Assembly: GCA_010015805.1 (NCBI GenBank)
Contig: ML978132.1
Coordinates: 248,001 to 312,000, forward strand
DNA from: Rhizodiscina lignyota
Taxonomy: Eukaryota
DNA length: 64,000 nt
Direction: 5' to 3'
The notes beneath the pieces are model-generated. The model saw only the letters and a list, made by a program, of their open reading frames with translations. It did no database searches and had not been told where the DNA came from. Every line of letters begins with the position of its first letter. Position 1 is the stretch's first letter. Both the position numbers and the translations under genes were made by a program. Below, piece by piece: positions 27,649 to 37,630 of the stretch.

Positions 27649-27939
27649 ATGGACACCAGTTATCCAGACCCAGAAAAAGCACTTGAAGCCCCTCCAGCGT
27701 ATCCCATTCAGACAGACGAGTCGACTGCACCACTTAACTCAGAAGAGGTGCAGCCTGGACTCACCTTTGAGGAGACTATGGCGCGAGAAAAGAATCATTG
27801 GGAAGAAAAGAGGAAGTGTGAGGCTGCCCTTCACTCGATCGATAGAGATGACGGATGGCCAGAAGAACCGAAGCCAAAGCGAACAGCAACTCGAGCACTT
27901 ATGGGGATTCAGTTGTATCGAAAGAATATGCAGTTGTAG
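27649..27939 (+). CDS. Small orphan protein (96 aa) embedded in the repeat array
   Basis: ATG-started, acidic/charged ORF with a PPAY motif; its composition lacks the TpA enrichment of the flanking repeats. Confidence 0.4.
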   Translation: MDTSYPDPEKALEAPPAYPIQTDESTAPLNSEEVQPGLTFEETMAREKNHWEEKRKCEAALHSIDRDDGWPEEPKPKRTATRALMGIQLYRKNMQL

Positions 27940-28530
27940 GTCACAGAGTCGTCACGTTATATACCCTCTAAAGTACGTGGAACTAAACCTTCGAGGGTAG
28001 TCGTATAGTTCTTGACGAGTAAGAGACGGTATCTCTTAGACGTTACGAGTTGCATGGTAGCTTACGTACATAGCCTCGAGAACTAAGAAAGAATATAAGT
28101 GTTTCTATTCAACTAACACCATTTTGTACACTGCAAAGTAAGTAGAACTAAACTTTCATACATAGGATAGCTTAGCTTGAGCTGTAAGAGCAGATTTCCC
28201 TTAAGTGCCACATCTTGCCTAACAGTTGAAGTATATACACTCCTAAGCACGTAGAACTAAACTTTCATAGATCGTCTTACTTGTCTTAAGGAGAGAAAAC
28301 TACATGCTTTTAAACGCTACACGGCAACGGTTTGTTATTCTCACGTATCCTTTAACCAACGTATAACTGAGCATTCAGAGGCAGGTTTACTAGTCTTAAA
28401 GAGCACGAGCTGTTTGCGTTTTAGCAGTACAACTTGCCTAGTGGCCAAATCATATATACTCTAACGAGCTTGTAACTGAACTTTTAGAGATAGTCTCACG
28501 AACCTTGAATACTACAGGCGTAATAGAGTA

Positions 28531-28755
28531 CGGCGTCCTCCCCTTTTCGCGAAATAGAGGCATTTAGACCTTTGGAGTACGCTCTGACTCTATTTTTCAG
28601 CTAATTAGCTAGTAGAGCTCGGACCTTCGCCATTCACCTTATCTATAGATCAACTTAGTAATTGGCTAACTAAGATAGATGGCGTTATATATTCTGTCTC
28701 ACATGATTTTATTTTAACTCAGAACGCGCAATCTCGCGAAAAGGCGAGGACTCCG
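28531..28755. mobile_element. MITE / non-autonomous TIR element (225 bp)
   Basis: Left end CGGCGTCCTCCCCTTTTCGCGAAAT matches the reverse complement of the right end (CGGAGTCCTCGCCTTTTCGCGAGAT) at 22/25. AT-rich non-coding interior; TA on the left flank only. Confidence 0.75.
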
Positions 28756-29054
28756 GAAATGGCTAAATGGGGAGAGCAGAGGCGGGCAGTTATAAAGGTT
28801 GCTGTGGTTGCGAAGCTTCTTAGCTTACGCATCCTAGCGAGGCGGCACAGACGGCCAAAGAACTCTTGATTGGCACAGGACATTCCCGGCTTACTGTGGA
28901 AGACAGCGCATTTAAGGAAGATTACTTCTACTGGAGTATCAATCGCTAGACCTTCTTAGGTCACAATGTAATAGGAGGGATCCTTCAAGAAGTGCGTGAG
29001 GAATTCAGGAGCAGGCACCCTACGGCCAAGTACTTGATCACCCTTAGGCTTTAA
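28756..29054 (+). pseudogene. C-terminal relic of a NADAR (YbiA-like) family gene
   Basis: EMAKWGEQRRAVIKVAVVAK /frameshift/ HPSEAAQTAKELLIGTGHSRLTVEDSAFKEDYFYWSINR*TFLGHNVIGGILQEVREEFR fits the NADAR pattern W...K..VM.....AKF.QH....LL.TG...LVE.S..D..WG......G.N.LG..L..VR..L. TAG at 28947. Confidence 0.7.
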
Positions 29055-29515
29055 TAATAGGCAAGTTTTCTAACGGCGTGCTACAGTTGTATACTCTCTA
29101 AAGAGCAAGTAACTAAACTTTCAATGATGCTCTCATTTACCCCAAAGAGTAAGAGATACTCGCCCTTACGCGTTGCGTTTTAGCTAGCGCCCATAACGTA
29201 TAGCTTCTATAGCTCATATACTGCATAAGTATTTGAACGGCATTGCTATCATCGTATATGCTCTAACAAACGTAGAACTGACCTTCCAATGATGCTCTTG
29301 CTTACCTCGAAGAGAAAGAGTTGTTTGGTGCTTGGTAGCCCCTTAAAATCTCCTGGCTGGCCTCAATCTCAGGGGTTTCCGAGATTTTACCGAAGCCAAC
29401 CACTTCAGGACACCGCTGCGGCAGAGTCTTATTAGTAGTCGCATGCCTTTCTGCAGTTTCTTCACTAACTGGTTCTATGTTGTAGAGCTCTTTCAACTGT
29501 CCAAGAGGATCCAAA

Positions 29516-30262
29516 ATGTCGCAAAATGTGTATGACCGCGAGGAGTTCTTTGCGGAATACAGTAAACTCCCACGTTCACAGGGCGGCCTCGAAGCAACCC
29601 CGGAATGGCCACAACTCTGCTGCATGGTCGGTGATATCTCTGGAAGCAGCGTTCTTGATCTTGGGTGTGGATATGGGTGGTTTTGTCGCTGGGCCAAAGA
29701 CGCTGGTGTGACATCAGTTTGCGGCATCGATCTTTCGACGAAGATGCTTGCTCGTGCGAAAGACTTCGGTTCAGACAACGCGATCACCTACAGTCAAGGA
29801 GACCTCGAAACGATACAACTATATGAAGAGCAGTACCGCCTGGTTTACAGTTCGCTCGCGCTCCACTACCTCCATGACTTAAGACGGCTTGTACGTGAAG
29901 TCTACAGAAGCTTATATGCTGGTGGTAAATTCGTCTTCTCAGTTGAACATCCAATCTGGACGGCCCCGATGTCGAAATCCCCATCTTTTCAGGAGATCGC
30001 CGAGGATCCGGATGGCAGGGCAATTTGGCCGCTGAATGGATATGCTGACGAAGGTCCCCGTCTGAAAAACTGGCTGGCTGGTGATGTCCAGAAATATCAC
30101 AGAAAGATCGATACTTATATCTCTACTCTCCTCGACGTAGGATTCACGCTTACAGGCATAGTCGAGTACACGCCAACGCTGGCCGAAATAGAAGAGAAGC
30201 CACAGTGGAAGAATGAGCGGGAACGACCGTTGTTTCTTCTACTTGCAGCGAAAAAGCGTTGA
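29516..30262 (+). CDS. Class I SAM-dependent methyltransferase, intronless
   Basis: VLDLGCGYGW motif I, GIDLS, YSSLALHY and GGKFVFSVEHP; N-terminus MSQNVYD..FFAEYSKLPRS. Confidence 0.9.
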   Translation: MSQNVYDREEFFAEYSKLPRSQGGLEATPEWPQLCCMVGDISGSSVLDLGCGYGWFCRWAKDAGVTSVCGIDLSTKMLARAKDFGSDNAITYSQGDLETIQLYEEQYRLVYSSLALHYLHDLRRLVREVYRSLYAGGKFVFSVEHPIWTAPMSKSPSFQEIAEDPDGRAIWPLNGYADEGPRLKNWLAGDVQKYHRKIDTYISTLLDVGFTLTGIVEYTPTLAEIEEKPQWKNERERPLFLLLAAKKR

Positions 30263-30279
30263 GTCGGATTTGCTAGTCC

Positions 30280-30437
30280 TACACTACTACTACTTATACT
30301 CTATTAACTCTTATTTAGCTATATTTAGCTATATTTAGTTTTTATTTAGTTGAATCTAGTAGTAGCTTAGTTTAGATTACTTATAAGCTCTGCTACCGTT
30401 ATAATATCAATCTTACATTTAACGTTTCTTAGGAGTA
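30280..30437. repeat. AT/TpA-rich low-complexity patch (TATTTAGCTA repeats), RIP-like
   Basis: ttatttagctatatttagctatatttagtttttatttagtt; strongly TpA-rich and CpA/TpG-poor. Confidence 0.5.
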
Positions 30438-32212
30438 TCATTGAATTCTGAACACCTTCAATGCTGTATGAAGATCTCCATTGCTCTGCAAACCCTGGAT
30501 GACTTCACCAAACATTGCACCGCTCACATAAGCCTCACCAACGAAACGCCACTTGTCTTCGTGCCTTCGCAGGACATATGGTACATCCCCGCCACAGAAT
30601 ATGCATACAGTATCACCGACCTGCATCACAGGGGGGCCAATACCCATGCGACCATCGCTGGAGACGAAGAATCTACGCTCTGATCCACTCCTATGAATAG
30701 CATTAAGGAAAGGTGCAACTAAGGGTTCTCGAAGAATTGGATCCGTTATACCATCGAATAGCTTGAGAACAAGACTTTGTGGAACATCTTTAGGATTCCC
30801 GTTACAGTCAAGGCGCGCTTCGATGCGTTGGCACATTCTATCGTACGCCTCTGGCGTAGGCACGATGTCGTCTTGGCTTCTATCCGCAATCAGAACGCGC
30901 CAGAGGTCGGCCTGGCGCTCCGCGACGGAGCGACCTGTTTTAGTCTCGTATCTACTCAAGACTCTTCGGCATTCCGGCATGCACAGCTGATCGTCCTTGG
31001 GAATTCCACTTAGTTCGGAAATAGCGCCAAGCTGGAGCCCTTGGACCTGAATCTCGGCCATATCTGAACGGATCTCAACTGCCGGCGGGAGATTGGATGA
31101 ACACCGGTACAAGCCAGGCTTGAATAGGCGGTAAACGGGCAAATGGGGCGCGCGGGGCCCAAAATTTGGTATCCAGGAGGCAACTTCAGTCTGGTGCGAG
31201 GGTGAAACGTAAGAGAGTATGTTGACAGTGTTTTCGATAGCGATGGAGTGTTTAACTACTTCCTGATATATCGCAATATTGGGGTTTTCGTAATTTGGCG
31301 CTAGTAATGAGCTATACTTCTCTTCTAGTAATCCCACAAATGCGAAGACCTTATCCTTGGATCCGTAGCGTTTCTCCACGACGTGCGTGCTATGATGTCG
31401 AAGAAGGATATGAAGCCGGATTCTAGGTAATCTTTGCGAGCTTCGAACGTGTCGCCTGCGTTGCCTTTGAAGAGCAAAAACGATAGAAGGGCATGAAAGG
31501 ATTTCATCGTCTTGTAGGATGGTGTAACATTCTTGTCCACGTGATACGCGAGACGTTCGAAAATGCTACTCGATATCCACCTCTTGCCACAACCGATGAG
31601 AGGAGGCTCACGCGCAACAACATACTCTTGGAGCGTCCACGCTCTAGTCCACCATCTCCGGAAGAAGATCGGATAAATCAATCCGAATGCTCTATCCCAG
31701 TCGTTTTCAGTCAGAACTGCATTAATGGTCTCGGCGACGCCCACTTCAACCCATGAGTCGAAGGTTTCTAGAAGCTCCATCCCAAGATCGCTTCCATTTT
31801 CCTCCTTCCCCAACCAAACGAGTACGCGTGATGCAAATTGGTATATCTTTTTCATCTGCTCCACTTGCTTGCTTTTCTCGTCATTGTCCTCCTGGTTGAT
31901 GGAAACTGCATCCACCCAGAGTCTCCGATGCTGTGTTTCATGCCGCAGATGGAGGAGCGCAATCTCAAGATTTTCGGTCTCATATTTCGCGGTCTCATCG
32001 ATGTAGATTGATTTTAGGTTCGAAGCATCGCCCCAAACGTAAGACAGAGCCTCATAATCAGGCCAGGCCTGCAAAGAAACGATCTCGAGCGAGCAATGGA
32101 TTGGCTGACCTTCCGTATCGGGTTGTAGCAAAAGAACCCGGATTTCTTCATTCTCATTGTTCAATGGAGAGTAAACAAATGAGGCTCTACGACTTGGATA
32201 CAAGGGTTTCAT
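30438..32212 (-). pseudogene. HET-domain heterokaryon incompatibility protein (HET-6-like), split by a 1-nt frameshift
   Basis: HET motifs EIRVLLL, YEALSYVWG, LWVDAVSINQED..EK..QV.QM..IY..A..VLVWLG and WWTRAWTLQE. HET-6-type C-terminus GRMGIGP...GD...IF.GG.VPYVLR..FVGEAYV.G.M.GE. The ATDPRDKVFA motif is broken at ~31356. Confidence 0.85.
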
Positions 32213-32980
32213 ATCGGAATCCTCCAGCGTGTAGTAGCGTGTACGTCGGTTGAAGTCGGATTGATCGACTATGACATTCGAAAACTCTCTTGGAGACGAG
32301 AATATGAGAGCAATCTCGGACGTTACTTGTTTATATTATATTATTCAAAAAATCGGATATGAGGGTCAGCTGCGTCTAGCCCTTGCATCAGGCTCTTGTC
32401 ATTACCATGGCCAAGAATTCAGCTGAATGGCGGAGCAACGAGGCTCGCAAGCTGGGCGTGCAACGACTAGTCAGTCTATGCATAAGCATTCCGTATCGCT
32501 CTCCAAAGAGAACTCAACGCATGCTGCTGTGGCTTATATAGCTACCTTAGCTAACCTTAGTATTAGCTGGCTAAAAAGGCAAGTATCGGCGTGCTTTAGA
32601 GACTCTAGAACTGGACCACTTCGTCATCTTTTCTGGCTGGCCTGGCCCGCCCGCGCTTCGCTTAAGCTTGCTCAAGCTTGCTTACGACATGTTCAGTCTG
32701 CGGGTTTCCAGCCCTGAAGAGTCCTAAATTTCGAGGCTGAGTGACGGAGCACGAGTGATCAATGTGAGTTGATTGATTAAGGAAGGAAGCTCTCAAGGAG
32801 AAGTGCTCGATTATATACAGAACTAGGGCGCTGGAACTAGGGGGGTGTTCAAACTTCAGAACTTCAGTCGTATCTGAAGACTTTTTCAGTTTAGATGAAA
32901 AATATTGTATCCCTACGTAACTCAGGTCTGAAAACAGAAAGAGCTATTAGTGAGATTACTTTGCACTGAAGAATATTCCG

Positions 32981-33475
32981 CTATCCTTCAAGGGCCCTCT
33001 TTAACTCCGCAATCTCGAGCTTTCTCATCTTCATCATCGCCTCCGTCACCTTCTTCACTTTCTCAACATCTTTATCAGCCATAATCTCCTTCAATGCCGT
33101 CGGGACAATCTGCCACGACAGTCCAAACTTGTCCGCCAACCACCCGCACTGCCTCTTAGCCTCATCACCGCCTTCACCCAACTTGTCCCAGTAATAATCA
33201 ACCTCGTCTTGGTCTTTACAGTCGACGTGAAAAGAGACCGCTGCGCTGAACTTGAATTGCGGGCCTCCATTGAGGGCGGTGAACGATTGGCCGTTCAGCT
33301 CAAAGGCGACGATGAGCACGGCGCCCGCCCTCTGATGGTGGGCTTCATGGCCGGCGTCGGTGTAGTGCTGGACTTTTGTGATCTTTGAATTAGGAAAAAT
33401 CGAGGTGTAGTATTCGGCGGCTTCCTGGGCTTGGCCATCGAACCAGAGGCACGGAGTGATCTTGCTGACGGACAT
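32981..33475 (-). CDS. VOC/glyoxalase superfamily protein (PhnB / 3-demethylubiquinone-9 3-methyltransferase-like), intronless
   Basis: KITPCLWFDGQAQEAAEYYTSIF, ALNGGPQF, DQDEVDYYWDKL and CGWLADKFGLSWQIVP. Confidence 0.92.
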   Translation of the reverse strand: MSVSKITPCLWFDGQAQEAAEYYTSIFPNSKITKVQHYTDAGHEAHHQRAGAVLIVAFELNGQSFTALNGGPQFKFSAAVSFHVDCKDQDEVDYYWDKLGEGGDEAKRQCGWLADKFGLSWQIVPTALKEIMADKDVEKVKKVTEAMMKMRKLEIAELKRALEG

Positions 33476-33842
33476 GGTCAAGGCGCGATAGCGAAATTTG
33501 CCTCTGTCAATTGAGTGCTTCTTTAGACTTCAATTTCGACGATTTGAATGTTCAATTCTTGGTTTTTGGCTCCCCTAAAATACATGAGAGCAGCAATTGC
33601 TCGGAATGCCAAGCAGTCCCCGCGCCAGGCAGCAGTCGCATCTGTCGCATTTCTCGCGCCACATTCAATGCTAGCTGCAGCATCAAGCATACTGCTTGTT
33701 GTAAACGAAAAGCTTGCTCGCATTTAGAGCACTTTCGCTCCCTCCGAATCGCCCCAGTGTCGACTCGTGCGACAATGTGATTATTAAACAATAGCGGTGC
33801 TCGGGGCGCATTCCAATTACGCCAATGAGCGCTCATCAGCTC

Positions 33843-34841
33843 TCAGACCTTCTCGTCCTCCACTGAAATAACTCTATGAGAATCTTCCTCTGTCTTCACA
33901 GAGCATTCTTCTTGAAGACGATCAGCAGAATTGACCCCACCAATCTTGTCCTGCCGCCGTTGCGTGTAGTCGCCCGGTTTTGTACTTCCATCAGGAACAT
34001 GGAATCGCTTGTCGATTCGCGGTATTGTCAAGGCGCAGAGGGCGAAAATCTCCAACATGAAGTCGAATGCGTAAAAGCTCGCTTTCGAATCGAACCAGGC
34101 CGGGTCGGTGGCGGGTCGCGGAGGGCTCCAAGCTGTCCCAGCTTTGAATCCTGCAATCGTAATGCATAGGCACGTCGACAACGTGGCCATAATTAATTTG
34201 GTTCGCATGCTTCCGTGTCCAAAGTTCTCTTCCTTGTCCGACCGCGGGAGCAGCAAGACTGCAGCGACGTGGAAGAGCGGAAGGGTCGTGAAGACAAGAA
34301 GATATGTTATCGCAGCTAGCTGAACATCTCTGCAAATCATTCTGGTGTGCGTGTTCAGTGTGTAGACCGTGAGGACCACAGTTGTGATGACCATGGCAAG
34401 CGCAGCCGGGATAGAGAACCACAGTATCTTGTAGAGAATTCGTAGGACCGGGTTCCAGCCGATATGAGGTTGCTTTGCTCGTAGGATTCGCTGTGCTAAG
34501 AGCAGGTTGACGATGTAGACTATAAGAATACCGGCGTTGACAAAGATTTGAGCCGCAATCGCAAGCCGTACATTGTGCTGCCTGGTTGCCAATGCAATGC
34601 GGAGAACCAAAGTCGCTATTCTCGCCATGCAGAAGCCAAAGAGCAGTGCAGACAGCACGAATTTGTGGCCTCTCCGACGGTTTATTTGGAAAATCGTCAT
34701 GTTAGTTATTGCAAAGCATATGTAGAGAAATATGAAGACGGCGCAGATTGGAATGTCTGTGCCAATTGTTGGTGTGCCACCCGGCCCAGCCATAGGCAGA
34801 GGGTATGGAGGCCCTTGCATTGACTGTGAAGACTGTGACAT
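33843..34841 (-). CDS. Fungal multi-pass membrane protein (DUF3112/RTA1-like)
   Basis: GG.PT...DIPI, GHKFVLSALLFGFCMARI..LVLRI and AAQIFVNAGILIVYIVNLLLAQRILRA; about 7 hydrophobic segments. Confidence 0.8.
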   Translation of the reverse strand: MSQSSQSMQGPPYPLPMAGPGGTPTIGTDIPICAVFIFLYICFAITNMTIFQINRRRGHKFVLSALLFGFCMARIATLVLRIALATRQHNVRLAIAAQIFVNAGILIVYIVNLLLAQRILRAKQPHIGWNPVLRILYKILWFSIPAALAMVITTVVLTVYTLNTHTRMICRDVQLAAITYLLVFTTLPLFHVAAVLLLPRSDKEENFGHGSMRTKLIMATLSTCLCITIAGFKAGTAWSPPRPATDPAWFDSKASFYAFDFMLEIFALCALTIPRIDKRFHVPDGSTKPGDYTQRRQDKIGGVNSADRLQEECSVKTEEDSHRVISVEDEKV

Positions 34842-35282
34842 TTTGAGATTGCAAGCTTGAAGAGTGAGCAGATGTATTCTGAATTTGATGTCGAAAGAGT
34901 GTTATCACAAGGGTCGTTGCAGACTAAAGGCTGGAACTTTTGGCGGTCCAGGCCTCTAAATACAAGGAGGAGACACTTCATTTTGGGCAATTGCTCCCTC
35001 AGCTAGGCTGTAGTTTAGCGTGGCAACCAAGTGTGAATGGTGAACGTTATGTTGTGAAAGCATGAGTCGCTATTGCTCCCAGCGGCTGAAAGTGCAAAAG
35101 CGGAGCCGCGGCGGACAAAGCGTTTGACCGAAACCTTCGACCGCGCCGAACCATCTCACGCCAACCACTTCAGCCTGACCTCGATACAGCCAAGCGATGG
35201 CGGAAATCCACTTCTGACCTGCATATCTCATCAATAACAACATGTGAAACATGCAATCGAATTGGACACAGCCTCCTTGACC

Positions 35283-37630
35283 ATGTCCGAGGATCTGGCG
35301 CAGAGGAGACTTCGCAAAGGGACCAAAAGTTGTACGGAATGTACGTGCGAGGGAAAGCCCGAACTCATCCGTGACTGATGTCCTATAACTCACGTGCCAT
35401 CAGGCAGACGCCGTAAAGTGCGTTGCACTTGGAGTTTCGACGACGCGAAATCCTGTAGAAGGTGTGAAGAGCGAGGGTCAGAATGTATTGCGCAGACGTT
35501 CAGTGCTCCGGCTGAATCCCGAAGATTGACTTCACGCGAGAAAATTCTCCAGCTGGAGTCCAAAGTTGCGAGTCTAAGCAAGACAGTGCGCAATATAGAG
35601 TTAAAACTTGGATCTCAGCCCACTCAGATACCCGATTCCCCTATCGTTCAGCTCCCATCAGTTTCAGAAGCAGATGATTTCGAGGAAGATTCCAGCTCTT
35701 CTGATGTTCTTGGCGAAGACAGACCTACCCTGCTGGGCTCCCTTTTCCAGAACGAATGGCTCAGTGTGGATACGCGTCGTCAGAATGAGCAGCTCACTGA
35801 GCGCAGATCAAAGGCATCGGCGCAGCTACTGGACACGGCAAGACAATCCTTGCAGAGATTGGTCCCCTCCAGAGAAGACGTAGTCACTATTGCTACTCAT
35901 GGGTTTGCGTCGAAATGGCTGGTGCTCCTCCATACGCTGTTTCCGCAGCCGTTCATTGTCAAGTCACAGCAGGACATGCTTGCCAGCTACGACAATATGC
36001 GCCAGCCAGACGTGGATGCTATGTTGTTGGCTGCCTGGTTATTGGCGCTCGCCTTGACGGCGGCGCAAGTCCCACAAGAGCAGGGAAGCCCAGGAGCGCA
36101 ACTCGCTGGGTCCCAAAGAGCTTCAAATTTTGCACGCTCGGTGGCCATGGTAGTTGAGAAGATGATTCTGTCCCATGAAAGGCTGATTGGGACCATTCAG
36201 GGGTTGGGTTTGGCACTGCTGTGTGGTCGGCTGTAAGTCACTCTTTCTAACACTCTCTTAGTGCCGTATATTGTCAAGAATAGCTTTAGTATCTCATGGA
36301 TCGTTTATTGTATTATATCAACGCGTAGTAATCGTAATGCTGCTTCCATTTTGATCGAATATCACCATCGAACCCGGCTAACAGCCGCTACAGACAAATA
36401 TTCCAGGGTAACTTTCAAAAGGGGTGGCTGCAGCTGAGACGGGCTATTGCGATTGCGGAACTTTTGGGCCTTCCTCAGATATTCCAAGCGGTGCAAATCC
36501 ATGCGGCGAACGGAGGATACGACGATGAATCAAAGCTCCAGAAAGCTCAGCTGTGGGAATCGATCTGCGCACTTGATAGGATATCCGGGACTATTCTCAA
36601 CCTTCCAACAGGCACGAAGCGATATCAGCATGTGAAAGCTGAGCCTCTAGTTATCGACGGAGTCGTTCAACCTCGAGCGTATCTTTACAAGTTAGCGAAT
36701 ATCGCAGTCAAAACCCGATACGTCGACGATATGAACACACCCCAATCGTGCTCCGCAGAGCTTTACTCTTCCGTCTTAGACCTCGACAGGGAGCTTAGAA
36801 ACCTGACGTCTCAGGTACCGAAGTCTTGGTGGGCTGAAGACGTGCACGTAGAAGCCCGCCATATAATCGCCTTCTGGCAGCAATACGTCACAATGAGGGT
36901 GCACTTACCCTTCGCATTGCATCGAGATCCTGGTGAAGAATATCTCTATAGCCGTATAAGCGGAATCGACGCATGCCGATCGGTGGTGAAGCGATATCAA
37001 CATCTCCGCCGCACTCTCCCGTCTACTTTCTTTCTCGGACGCTTTTTGGACTTGCAAGTATTCACCGCAACCGTGGTCCTCCTTCTCGCCTTGCATAGTA
37101 CACCATCTCCGAGTCGCTTAAACATGCAGGCTGACAAAGCCGAAATCGAGAGCCTCGTCGCCCAAATCATCGAGCTTATGGACGAGAAGTCTCACGACGT
37201 TGGTGCCAATTTCGCTCGACATGGCGTTGTCACCATTCGGTCTTTGATTAAACTACTCCGACAAGATGAAAACACTGCTAACCCAGAAGAACTGACGCTG
37301 AAAGTTCCGCTTCTCGGGCAACTTCACGTTCGTCGAAACGTCAGGATCGAGAAGGAGCGCCAAGTCCAAATAATGCGGGCTTCAGAGATTCCACCGGAAC
37401 CAGGTTCATGGAAGAGCAACAACACTGTGCCTCAAGCCAATCCACTGGCATTGGCAGCGAGCACAAATCCTGCTTCGCAGGTACAGCAAGGATTGCCTAA
37501 TTTGCCTTGGGATCCCTTTTCGTGGTCAATAGAGAATAACCATGATGACATATTCCAAGATGCTCTCATGGGTGATAACTTTGACGATTTGGGCATGTTT
37601 GAAGTTGATATGGGCGGATTTATCACGTAG
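35283..37630 (+). CDS. Zn(II)2Cys6 transcription factor, 3 exons
   Basis: RLRKGTKSCTEC|RRRKVRC......SCRRCEERGSEC after removing intron ~35341-35403; second intron ~36233-36393; LWESICALDR and LKVPLLG. Confidence 0.88.

Larger units (their letters stand above)
27140..29320. repeat. Degenerate array of 10 units sharing a ~55-60 bp core
   Basis: Core ~TATACACTCTAA.GAACGTAGAACTAAACTTTCAGAGATAGTCTCGCTTAC. CTAAACTTT-type anchors at 27169, 27335, 27501, 27983, 28148, 28257, 28367, 28476, 29113 and 29278. Confidence 0.8.

Noticed and set aside
27140..29320. CRISPR array interpretation of the repeat-plus-variable-linker structure
   Set aside because: The repeats are too degenerate, the linkers share residual similarity with each other, there are no cas genes, and the host is a fungus.
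32430..32720. Possible TE fragment upstream of the HET gene (TpA-rich TAGCT/AAGCTT repeats)
   Set aside because: No matching terminal inverted repeat or coding remnant found.
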